Shown in pieces: positions 1-9,300 of a stretch of 27,049 nucleotides of DNA. Origin of the DNA: a virus (taxonomy: Duplodnaviria; Caudoviricetes). The stretch lies in IMG/VR virus record IMGVR_UViG_3300047274_000323, positions 1 through 27,049 of that record. One strand, written 5' to 3'. The translations under genes were made by a program, and so were the position numbers. The notes under the pieces are model-generated. The model was given only the letters and a program-made list of their open reading frames with translations, had not been told where the DNA came from and searched no databases. Each line of letters starts with the position of its first letter. The stretch's first letter is position 1.

Positions 1-2700
1 CCTGGCGTTATTGGTTTTGGCAATCCAGACAACGCTGCTGTTATTTCTGAAAATGCAAACTTTGAATGGTTGTATGGATTGAATGGTAGCATTAAAGGTG
101 CAGTGCCACGCTATCTTGGATTTGAGGATTCGTATGATTCTCAGTTTCTTTATTATCTGTATGATACTTCATATCCTTGGAATGGACCCCTCTTTGGCAT
201 TCAATACAAACTGAATGATATTCCGTGTTGCCCAAATGCAACATGTCCAGATCCAAGTGGGCAGGGAACTGTGCCATGTTGTATTCCCAACTATGCTCAC
301 TATTCACACTTCTATCAGATTCGCCAAGATTCTTGGGAGACAACTCGCACCAGAATTACGATTAGCGATGTATCAACTCAGGGTGTGAATGAAGCCTTTG
401 TGACTATTGACACCGATAGTCCTCGTATTTTGTTTAGGTATATCACCCGCAACGGCGACTTCAATAAAGGAGATACCATCAACGGTTGGGATATTGCTAA
501 GGTCCTTTACTATGGAGATGAATTAAAGTGCGGCACAATGGACCTTACAGGCACTGGTGGAGAGTTTACCTATCTGCAGCAGTTTACTTCTACGGATGGT
601 GGCACTATTGAAGTACTCGCAGGATACGGTATTGGTAATAAAGCAGCATTTGCTGGTGTATATGAATTTCCCAAAAAGATTTCATACTATAAAGTTGAGA
701 TTAATCCACAGCATTTAATTCCATCTCGCACATTAGATACCGCAAAGGCGGAAGCAGTTGTGAATAGTAATGGCGCAATTGTGCATGTGAATGTGATTAA
801 CGGCGGACGTGGATATAAAAAACCAAAAGTTACTGCAATTTCTCCTCGTGTTGTAGATAGTTGGTCTGCAACTGACCTTGCAAAAACACAAGAAGGTGCA
901 TTAGGTGGTGCAAAGAATGCATTGGATGCACTTCCAACACCAGAAGTTGATGGTGCTATGGAGCATCCCATTCGTGATGCTGTAAAGGTACAGGGCATTC
1001 ATGATAAGAGAATCAAGTTTCCCAAGGATAAAGACGGAGACCAGTTTGAAATTCGCCCAGCAAAACTAGAAGTTGCTGAATTAAATGATGAGGGTGTGAT
1101 TATGTCAATTCGTGTTGTTGATGGTGGGGCAGGATATCGTCAAGACGAAATGCCAACTGTATTCATTACCGACCCAGATACATTTGATTATAAGGGAGAA
1201 GACCCTGGCGATATGGCTCCACAATCATCCAATCTTCAGAGTATGTTTAGAAACATTGAAGGCAAATCTGCTGATAGTATGAAGAATATTGTGCAGCAAG
1301 CATTTGATGTTATTCAAGGCAATATTGGTGGTCAAGTCTCTGTGCCAGACAGTTATATTCGTATGGCAGACATTGGTGATGACAAAACTAGATTCTGTCA
1401 GAATCTTCCATCCACATGCATTAACATTGATGGATATACGGGAGGTGTAATTTCATCTTTACCAGATGAAGAAAACTTCAAGTATCTATTTGCAAATAGT
1501 GGATTTGCAGAGTTTGATAGAAAAGTCATGAGTGGGATATATGATGGAGTAATTAAGCATGACGAATATACTGCAACTTCAACTAAAGGATTATATGGAC
1601 CTTGGGGTGGTGATAAATGCTTTGATATGGCACAACCCAAATTATATAATGTGCAACGTTGGTTTGATGTGCCATGTGCATATCTTGATATTGGCTCAGA
1701 TGGTAAGCAAAAAGCATTTGGATTCATGCCCTTCAAGTATTGTGCCTCAAAGGAAATTGAAGCATCGTTTACAGTTTCTTTAGAATTTGAGGGTAGCACG
1801 ACTGGCACTCAAGGTGCTGCATTTATGAATTATCTTGACACCTTTACAAAACCCAAATTAACTGAAAAACGCAAAGTTAGTGGAGGTTATAGAACATGGA
1901 GTTGCAGGCAAGGTAGTGTTCCTGGTAGATGTTATAGAGACCCATCAAATTCTAGTGATATTATTTTTGTGCCTGTTGGTTTAGATGAGAATACTTATGA
2001 TTACAATAGAAATGGATTTACAGAATACGAGCAATTCAAGTTGTGGTTGGGAAATAATCTGACTGGAGGTGGTTTAACTGCAGCATCTGTTAGTTGGCAA
2101 ACTGGGTCTACAACAACTACTGACCCACAAACAGGACAGACTACCACTACTACAACATCAGATTCCGAAACATATACTGCATTTACTGTAGATTGCACCC
2201 CAAATCCAGGAAGTACAAATGTGCCTAATCATAATTGCTGGGATAAATTTGTAAGAGGATCTGGCAATCCAGGTGGTTGCCTTGATGTTTATTGCGGATG
2301 GGATAATCAAGGGAATCCTCTTCCAGGATTAAGATTCTGGGAAATTACAGGTCCAGGTCCAACTGGTACAGTAAATCCATTTTGCTCGCAATGTGCGGGC
2401 GGAAGTCTATTTACTTTCCTCACACCAGCAGTAACTCCTCCAAATGTAGGACTAGATAATGTAAATGATGCATCTATTGCAGTTGATCCACAGAGAGTGT
2501 ATACAGATTCTAAATGGGCAAGCAGAAAAGTGATGATGATGGGACCATATGAAGGAAATATGACTGTAAGAAACTTCTTGTCTGGAAGTATTACGCAATT
2601 ATCCAGAATGTTGCGTAATTTTGGCAACCCATATTTTGATGAATGCAGTGATACGGACAATCCATTCATCCAAGGAAACGAAATTGGAGATTTAGCGTAA
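1..2700 (+). CDS. Large Cys-rich virion structural protein (baseplate/hub-associated), 5'-truncated by the window edge
   Basis: The frame is open from base 1 (PGVIGFGNPDNAAVISENANFEWLYG...), so the TTG at 70 is probably not the real start. It has two 'G.I..V.V.NGG.GY...P.V' beta-repeats also found in the giant gp7. Its stop overlaps the PAAR start (TAATG). Confidence 0.75.
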   Translation, partial: PGVIGFGNPDNAAVISENANFEWLYGLNGSIKGAVPRYLGFEDSYDSQFLYYLYDTSYPWNGPLFGIQYKLNDIPCCPNATCPDPSGQGTVPCCIPNYAHYSHFYQIRQDSWETTRTRITISDVSTQGVNEAFVTIDTDSPRILFRYITRNGDFNKGDTINGWDIAKVLYYGDELKCGTMDLTGTGGEFTYLQQFTSTDGGTIEVLAGYGIGNKAAFAGVYEFPKKISYYKVEINPQHLIPSRTLDTAKAEAVVNSNGAIVHVNVINGGRGYKKPKVTAISPRVVDSWSATDLAKTQEGALGGAKNALDALPTPEVDGAMEHPIRDAVKVQGIHDKRIKFPKDKDGDQFEIRPAKLEVAELNDEGVIMSIRVVDGGAGYRQDEMPTVFITDPDTFDYKGEDPGDMAPQSSNLQSMFRNIEGKSADSMKNIVQQAFDVIQGNIGGQVSVPDSYIRMADIGDDKTRFCQNLPSTCINIDGYTGGVISSLPDEENFKYLFANSGFAEFDRKVMSGIYDGVIKHDEYTATSTKGLYGPWGGDKCFDMAQPKLYNVQRWFDVPCAYLDIGSDGKQKAFGFMPFKYCASKEIEASFTVSLEFEGSTTGTQGAAFMNYLDTFTKPKLTEKRKVSGGYRTWSCRQGSVPGRCYRDPSNSSDIIFVPVGLDENTYDYNRNGFTEYEQFKLWLGNNLTGGGLTAASVSWQTGSTTTTDPQTGQTTTTTTSDSETYTAFTVDCTPNPGSTNVPNHNCWDKFVRGSGNPGGCLDVYCGWDNQGNPLPGLRFWEITGPGPTGTVNPFCSQCAGGSLFTFLTPAVTPPNVGLDNVNDASIAVDPQRVYTDSKWASRKVMMMGPYEGNMTVRNFLSGSITQLSRMLRNFGNPYFDECSDTDNPFIQGNEIGDLA

Positions 2701-3233
2701 TGGCATATGGTCTTTTAAAACCTGTTGCGTCTTTAAATGGTCTCCCATGCTCAGGTCATGGTCTTTGTTTGCCGTCTGCCATCCATTCAGTGCAGGCTTG
2801 TGGCACTCCTCCAGTGCCTTACACCATTTGGATTAAGAATTTTACATGTTGGTGGCCACCTTTTCCACTAATTCCAATTTTTCCAGTAACTCCAGAGCGT
2901 GCAACAGTGCTGGTAAACTTCATTCCCATCATGCTTTTGGGAGATTCGTTCATTTATCACATATCAACTTGCACAAATATCGTAATTTATCTCTGTCCGT
3001 GTGGAAAAGGTATCTGTGCTATCCCAACGCCCATCCCCTGTAGTGTCTTAACTGCCGAAGACAATGGTGGAATTGGACATATTAGGGTAGTTATGACAAC
3101 AACTTTGACAGTTTTCGCTCTCAAGAGACCGATTGCTCGCATTTTAGACCCACTAGGGGTCGGTTTTCCTGGATTTTCTTATCCTTGCTCATCAGTTGTT
3201 GCGTGGGGACACCCAACAGTGCTTGCGTCATGA
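2700..3233 (+). CDS. PAAR / T4 gp5.4-like baseplate spike-tip protein with Cys/Pro-rich insertions
   Basis: PAAR-type threefold pattern: CSGH, TVLVN..PI...GD....H, GH...TVF...RPIARILD...C...VA.G..TV. It has three His plus one Cys as candidate metal ligands, as in gp5.4, and lies upstream of gp25. Confidence 0.8.
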   Translation: MAYGLLKPVASLNGLPCSGHGLCLPSAIHSVQACGTPPVPYTIWIKNFTCWWPPFPLIPIFPVTPERATVLVNFIPIMLLGDSFIYHISTCTNIVIYLCPCGKGICAIPTPIPCSVLTAEDNGGIGHIRVVMTTTLTVFALKRPIARILDPLGVGFPGFSYPCSSVVAWGHPTVLAS

Positions 3234-3250
3234 CCTAGATATGCTATACT
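3223..3250 (+). promoter_or_regulatory. Sigma70-like (early-type) promoter with extended -10
   Basis: TTGCGT (3223-3228), 16-nt spacer, TATACT (3245-3250) preceded by TGn. A GAGGA RBS and ATG 3273 follow. Confidence 0.55.
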
Positions 3251-3272
3251 ACATGAGGTTTCTGAGGAAATT

Positions 3273-3419
3273 ATGGCAGTAAAAGCAAAAGTTGGTCTTG
3301 TTAAGTCTGGTTATACCCCAGGCAAACCCAAAAAGACGCGCCAAGGTCGCTCACAAAACACCCATCTTGGTGCAAGTTCCCGCAATGGACGCAAAAAGAG
3401 GTATCGTGGTCAAGGTTGA
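3273..3419 (+). CDS. Small, highly basic 48-aa protein ending KKRYRGQG
   Basis: Manual translation: MAVKAKVGLVKSGYTPGKPKKTRQGRSQNTHLGASSRNGRKKRYRGQG*. It has a good RBS (GAGGAAATT-ATG) and falls below the ORF track cutoff. It resembles a small phage family ending YRGQG (from recall). Confidence 0.8.
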   Translation: MAVKAKVGLVKSGYTPGKPKKTRQGRSQNTHLGASSRNGRKKRYRGQG

Positions 3420-3603
3420 GACGACGCCAGAACTTGTAGATGAGGCAACTTGGGCACTTTTTCGTGCCACAATGAATTTGCCTCATGCTGCATATCACTG
3501 TGGAATGACAAAACGTGAAATGAAGATGACATTTAGAGAATTTTTGAAGTCTCATCCTCCTGATTATGACTTAGGAGTAAACCAGTTGACCATGAATCTC
3601 TAA
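3406..3603 (+). CDS. Hypothetical 65-aa protein with a helix-turn-helix-like segment
   Basis: Re-called start at GTG 3406 (GAGG upstream, overlapping the end of the previous gene) instead of 3292. The segment MNLPHAAYHCGMTKREMKMTFREFL fits an HTH pattern. Confidence 0.65.
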   Translation: MVKVETTPELVDEATWALFRATMNLPHAAYHCGMTKREMKMTFREFLKSHPPDYDLGVNQLTMNL

Positions 3604-3606
3604 ATA
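3600..3606 (+). promoter_or_regulatory. T4-like late promoter (CTAAATA)
   Basis: One mismatch class from the T4 TATAAATA consensus. It overlaps a stop codon at the start of an intergenic gap upstream of the small gene-gp25-gp6 run. Confidence 0.65.
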
Positions 3607-3660
3607 ATATAGAGATAGCAACCTCTCAAAAAGTTCTGTTGACCCTATATGGAGAGACAG

Positions 3661-3846
3661 ATGGCAAATTCACCCGTAGATCAAGGTTATGAGTTTGTGC
3701 AGTCGGGAATGACCCTTATTACCGACCCTAGAAGTGATAAATATCTCAAAATGGCGCGAAAGCGTCGTAGCGATCCACCCGTCGATCGCTCTTCTAAATG
3801 GTGTGGTGGTAAAAATGGGTTTGACGACTATGTAGAGTGGATGTAA
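3661..3846 (+). CDS. Hypothetical 61-aa protein (MANSPVD...GMTLITD)
   Basis: ATG 3661 has a GGAGA RBS, so it is preferred over 3649. Its stop directly abuts the gp25 ATG. Confidence 0.65.
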   Translation: MANSPVDQGYEFVQSGMTLITDPRSDKYLKMARKRRSDPPVDRSSKWCGGKNGFDDYVEWM

Positions 3847-4260
3847 ATGGCATCTTACAGATTCAGATCTGAAAAATACGTCAGTAGAGGATTCAAGGAT
3901 TTAGCGATTTCGTTTAATCCCAATCCCTCTACTGGCGATTTTGGCGTAGTTAAGAATGAAAATGCTATAAAGCAGTCTGTAAGAAATCTTGTCCTCACTA
4001 TGTTTGGGGAAAGACCCTTTCAAGAGAATGTTGGATCCAAAGTAAAATGGCTTTTGTTTGAGCAGTGGGACGTTTTTACTAAAGACTCTCTTGAAAGTGA
4101 AATTAGAAATACTATATCACGATTAGAACCACGAATCAATGTCGATTCTGTGGATGTGCAAGACGATTCTGACATAAACGGTATCCAAGTTTCCATAGAT
4201 TATACAATCGTCGGTCAAACACTTGTCCAAACAGTCGCATTCTTGCTAGAGAAGACCTAA
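3847..4260 (+). CDS. gp25: Baseplate wedge subunit gp25 (GPW/gp25 family)
   Basis: Motifs FKDL..SF, AIKQSVRNLVLT..GERPF....GS, LFE and I...EPRI; 137 aa; directly upstream of gp6. Confidence 0.95.
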   Translation: MASYRFRSEKYVSRGFKDLAISFNPNPSTGDFGVVKNENAIKQSVRNLVLTMFGERPFQENVGSKVKWLLFEQWDVFTKDSLESEIRNTISRLEPRINVDSVDVQDDSDINGIQVSIDYTIVGQTLVQTVAFLLEKT

Positions 4261-4261
4261 A

Positions 4262-6346
4262 ATGTCAGCAATTCCTTCACAATTAACATCTCTAGACTTC
4301 TTTGAGATTAAAGAGTCTATCAGATCATACCTCAGAACTCGTAAAGAATTCACAGATTACGATTTTGATGGTAGTAGTGCTTCGTATCTGCTTGATATCC
4401 TAGCATATAACACCTATTACACGGCGTTTAACGCAAACATGGCGTTAAATGAGTCATTTTTGGAAACTGCTACGATTAGAGACAACATCGTAAAGGTAGC
4501 AAAACAGTTAAACTATACTCCAAGGTCAATTAAGGCAGCAGTTGCCTGCGTTTCACTGACAGCTCAGACTACAATTGGTCTTGATAATGTTTCATACCCA
4601 GAATATGCAACTCTTAAGAAGGGCGATGTCTTTATTGCAGAGAATGCAAACGATAATTATACATTCTGCCTGACCAGAGACGTGCAAGTGCCTGTTGATA
4701 AGTCAACTGGTGTGGCAACTTTTGACAAAATCTTGATTTACCAAGGAAATCTTCTCAATTACAACTATACGGTCGATTACACCCAGAAACAAGACTTTCT
4801 CATTCCCCAGGAAAATGTCGATACTCAATTAATCTATGTTGATATCTCGCCAAATGCACAATCAACCGAAGTTGACACATACAGCCTCAACAAAAACGTA
4901 ACCGAATTGGATTCTACGTCCAGAGTTTACTTTTTAGAGGAAACTGATGACCTGAGATATAGACTGATTTTTGGAGATGGTATCATTGGTCGTAAATTGA
5001 TTGATGGTGAGTATATCAACATCAGTTATGTTACGACATATGGTGCTGAAGCAAATGGTTCTTCCAACTTTGCATATATCGGCAATATTGTTGATAGCGA
5101 TGGACGTGTGGTGCCCCCTGCTGGTATTACTTTAATGACAATCGACCCTGCTCAGCAAGGTGAAGATAGAGAAACTGGATTGTCAATCAAGTTTAGAGCA
5201 CCAAGAGCATACGCAACTCAGAATAGAGCAGTTACGGAAGCAGATTACGAGCACATCGTTAGTGAAATCTATCCACAAGCGGCGTCTGTGACCGCTTATG
5301 GGGGCGAGAAACTGGTGCCACCAGTATACGGCAAGGTCTACATCGCAATTCGTCCCAAAACGGGCACAAAACTAAATGCCACCACAAAGGTCAAAATCAA
5401 AAATGACTTGAAGCGTTATACCGTAGCATCTATTGAGCCTGTAATTATTGACCCAATGACATACTATGTCATTCCCAAGTCATATGTCTATTACAATGGC
5501 AACCAGACTGCTTTAAGTGGGTCCCAATTGGGCACTAAGTTACTTCAGAGTATTGATCAATATAATAAGACAAATTCTTCAGACAAATTTGGTGGAAGAA
5601 TTGATGGGTCTAAATTTGCTGCAATGTTAGACAATAGTGATACCTCAATTAGTGGTAGCGTTACTCAACTGACTCTTGGTCAAAATCTTGACCAATTTAC
5701 CTTTGGAAATGTATTCACTCAATGTTTAGATTTTGGTAACCCATTTTATAATCCATCAGATTTTGCTGGATCTGGCACTGGTAATGGAGACCCATGTGCT
5801 CCAAATTTTTCCGTTGTTAAGTCAGGCACATTTTATGCTACTGGATATTCCGAAGAAGTAGTAAATCTGCAACTACAAGACGGCACAACTGCTGGACAAA
5901 TTACTACTCAAGTATTTTCAACAAATCAATCCAATCAAGCCTTGGTGCCAGTAACTATTAGAGATGATGGCAGAGGAAATCTTTTGCTTGTGACAAAGAG
6001 AAACGAGAAGGAGTTAATTCTTAATCCTTCTGTCGGTAGTGTTGATTACAATACTGGTCAAGTCTGTGTTGGTCCTTTGGCAATTGAAGGCACCCCAGAC
6101 GACTCCGAAAGACTGCCAATTCAGGTTGTTCCATATGGTGGATCTATTAACATCCCACCTGGGGTTGACCCAACAATTTTCAATCCAAGTGTTAATCCGA
6201 TTGATTACACAATCAACGACATCCCAATCCCCACCTTCGATCCAAACAACTTTGGTGGATGGAATTTTGGTAACGTGTCGGGTATAAATATCATTGACTA
6301 CCCAACGGATACCTTCACATATCCCGTTTCAACGTCCTGTTTCTGA
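4262..6346 (+). CDS. gp6: Baseplate wedge subunit gp6
   Basis: Motifs LDF.EIK, F.DYDFDGS, LLDILAYNTYY.AFNANM..NESFL.TA..R, FGDGIIG, QNRAVT..DY and GKVYIAIRP; 694 aa, typical T4-like gp6 size. Confidence 0.95.
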   Translation: MSAIPSQLTSLDFFEIKESIRSYLRTRKEFTDYDFDGSSASYLLDILAYNTYYTAFNANMALNESFLETATIRDNIVKVAKQLNYTPRSIKAAVACVSLTAQTTIGLDNVSYPEYATLKKGDVFIAENANDNYTFCLTRDVQVPVDKSTGVATFDKILIYQGNLLNYNYTVDYTQKQDFLIPQENVDTQLIYVDISPNAQSTEVDTYSLNKNVTELDSTSRVYFLEETDDLRYRLIFGDGIIGRKLIDGEYINISYVTTYGAEANGSSNFAYIGNIVDSDGRVVPPAGITLMTIDPAQQGEDRETGLSIKFRAPRAYATQNRAVTEADYEHIVSEIYPQAASVTAYGGEKLVPPVYGKVYIAIRPKTGTKLNATTKVKIKNDLKRYTVASIEPVIIDPMTYYVIPKSYVYYNGNQTALSGSQLGTKLLQSIDQYNKTNSSDKFGGRIDGSKFAAMLDNSDTSISGSVTQLTLGQNLDQFTFGNVFTQCLDFGNPFYNPSDFAGSGTGNGDPCAPNFSVVKSGTFYATGYSEEVVNLQLQDGTTAGQITTQVFSTNQSNQALVPVTIRDDGRGNLLLVTKRNEKELILNPSVGSVDYNTGQVCVGPLAIEGTPDDSERLPIQVVPYGGSINIPPGVDPTIFNPSVNPIDYTINDIPIPTFDPNNFGGWNFGNVSGINIIDYPTDTFTYPVSTSCF
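6283..6290 (+). promoter_or_regulatory. T4 late promoter TATAAATA inside the gp6 3' end, serving gp7
   Basis: Perfect consensus match ending 73 nt upstream of the gp7 ATG at 6364. Confidence 0.7.
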
Positions 6347-6363
6347 TAATACAGATAAGATAG

Positions 6364-9300
6364 ATGCAAAAGAATATCGCAGTCTCGGACAGAGTTGAAT
6401 TTCAACTCCCAGAATTCATTCGTGAGGAAGACAGACAGTTTGTCAATTTTCTTTTTGAGTACTACAAGTCTCAAGAGAAAACTGGCAGACCTTATGATAT
6501 TCTAAACAATCTTCTGAATTATCTGGATCTTGACAACTATGATTCCAATAGTCTATCAAACGATACTAAACTGTTGACGAATATTGGTGTCTATGACACC
6601 AAAATTGAGATTGAAAGTATTGATGGATTCCAACCAACAGATGGTTCCATCATGATCGATAATGAAGTCATTTACTATGAGTCGGTTACTCGTGGTCCTG
6701 ACGCAATTATCACCCCTGGTGTATCTTTTTCGCAATTTAACAAGAAAAAGCAACTGTTGGAAAATCCGTTTCCACTGTTTAATGGCGTAAGAAATAAGTT
6801 TCCACTCTCCTTCCTGGGTACTCCAGTAGCACCACCTTCACCTGAGCATCTTATTGTTATCGTATATAACGAGATGAAGATTCCAGGTGTTGATTATTTC
6901 CTGGAAGGTGATGAGATTAGATTTACAACTCCTCCAAGAGCACGTACGGGCGCCGATGACTCAGAGTTTACTCAAATCACTTATCTGATTGGATATGCTG
7001 ACCAAGAAATCATTACAACTGATTCTATTCCTTGGCAAGAATGGCAGGGCACTAAGTCATATCCACTTAGATTAAATACTCAAAATTATACACCAACTTC
7101 AGAGATTGGTCTAATTATTAATAAGAATGGCAGACTTCAAATTCCATATGAAGACTATACCGTTTACAATCAGGAAGTAATCTTTAAATTCCCAATTGGG
7201 TCTGCTGATGATATTCATGTTCGCTCAGTAGAGTATATTGCACCTGCATATGGTAGTGGGGCAACTGCTATTGTTGCGGTAAGTCCAAATGGGCAAGTTA
7301 ATAAAGTTATTGCTAAAGATGGTGGAAGTAATTATCGTTTAGATTTTGCTCCAAAAATCACAATTCAAAGTAAAGAAGGTGGGAAAGGCGCTACTGCTAG
7401 ATCTTTAGTTGGTGGTGTTAAAAATATCAACCTGATTGACGGTGGGCAAGGATATACTACATACAACCCACCAATCCCAACAATTTTAGCACCAAGTAAT
7501 CCCAATGGCACTGCAGCTAAACTATCGCTGACAGTTAATGATACTACTGGTCAAGTTGAAACGATTACGATTGATAATTCTGGTAGTGGTTACGATTTCA
7601 TTCCAGCAATTACCTTCGTTAATCCAGGTGGTGCAAAAATTAGCAACCCAACTATTGATAGTGAGGGCAGAGTAAATACTGCATCAATTCAAGTCCTAGA
7701 CGGAGGCAATAACTATACAAATCCACCTCAAGTCTACATCGACCCTGCCCCTCTAGGTGGTATAAATGCCCAAGCAATCTCTAGAATTGACCAAGATGGT
7801 CAGGTATATGAAATTTCTATCGTAAATCGTGGTAGAGGATATGTCACTCCACCACGAGCACGCATTATTGACCCAATTGGTGCACAAGTCCTTGATGTGA
7901 CCGTTGCATCTGGATCTGTGACAAATATTGAAATGTTGACGGGTGGCCGTGGTTATACCGATGCGCCTTCAGTATACATCGTTGATGACAGGAAGGATGC
8001 ATATGGTGCTCCGATCGGTGGCACAGGTGCAACCGCAGTTGCTACCATTTTTAATGGAGAAATCACAGATATCAATATTACAAACTTCGGTGAGGGTTAT
8101 TCTGCAGAGTTTCCTCCAAAGATTTTTATTGCGGAACCAAAATCAGCAAGGGCATCGGTTGCTGTTGGATTTGGTGAAGTAACTGGTTTTGATATTTTTC
8201 AGAATGGTGAAGGGTATTCGCCTTCGGCATTCCTAAATTGCTCCAGAGGCGTATCTGGTGCTGTTGCATATGACCAATTACATAATGAAATTTATGCAGG
8301 TGAGAAAGCACTTCGTCAATCAAACCACGTTGCAGGTACTACTGTAATTAATCTGGATTCTCTGTTTATTAAAGAAGTATTTGACAAGTTTAGGAGACAG
8401 TATCTACCAACAATCCAAATTGATTATTCGGCAGTTAACCCAGTACAGATTGTAAAGAGCATTAAAGACTTTTACATCTCAAAGGGCACAAAACTTGCTA
8501 CACAATACCTCTTCAAAATTATGTTTGGGGAGGAAATTGATGTTTACTATCCTAAGGATGAAATTATTAGTCCGTCCGCTGCTAATTGGGTTGTAGATAC
8601 AATTCTTCGTGCCGAATTAATCTCTGGCAATCCAGATGACCTTATTGACTCTGAATTAATTCAATATGCAGATGATGTGGACCTTAATGTTAAGGGTGCA
8701 TCTGCTCTGATTGAAAATGTAATCAGCATCATCCAGGGAACAGATACAATTTACGAATTGGCAATTTCAGAAGAAACCCTTAATGGGTCTTTTGTTATTC
8801 CATATAAAACAACTCTTGTTGAACCATTAGATATAAAATCTCAGATTATCACTGTTGACTCAACAATTGGATGGCCAGAGAGAAATGGCACTATTTTAAT
8901 TAATGACGAAGAAGAAGTCCAGTATAAAGAGAAATCACTTAATCAATTCATCGAATGCACTAGAAGTAAGAATGGTGTTGTAGAAGATTGGGACCCTGGC
9001 ACTAGAATCTTTAGTGACATCTTTGTTTATACCAATAAAGGCACTGATACTGAATGTAAACTTAGAGTTTTGGGCATTGCTGAAGCAGGCACAACTATTC
9101 TGGATAATACTGGATCGTATTATCTTCCTGGAGATAAACTAAAAGTTGCAAATCTTGGTTCGACTGCCGAAGGTGAAGAGAGACTTTCCTCTTGGTTGTA
9201 TAACGTTAAGAAACTTATTAAAATTGATACTATTGAGCCTGGTGGTGTCAATAACCAGACTGCTACAGTATATTGCGAAAATCCTCACGGTCTTCTGGTA

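Noticed and set aside
70-72. TTG start for the first ORF
   Set aside because: The frame is open back to base 1 and there is no RBS, so the gene starts outside the window.
2098-2166. Thr-rich tract QTGSTTTTDPQTGQTTTTTTSDS
   Set aside because: A low-complexity hairpin or linker with varied codons; not a DNA tandem repeat or phase-variation tract.
3292-3405. N-terminal extension of the 103-aa ORF in the track
   Set aside because: It overlaps the better-supported 48-aa gene in another frame, and GTG 3406 has its own RBS.
3737-3743. ATAAATA inside the 61-aa gene as a late promoter for gp25
   Set aside because: Possible, but AT-rich chance matches are common and the site at 3600 already explains transcription.
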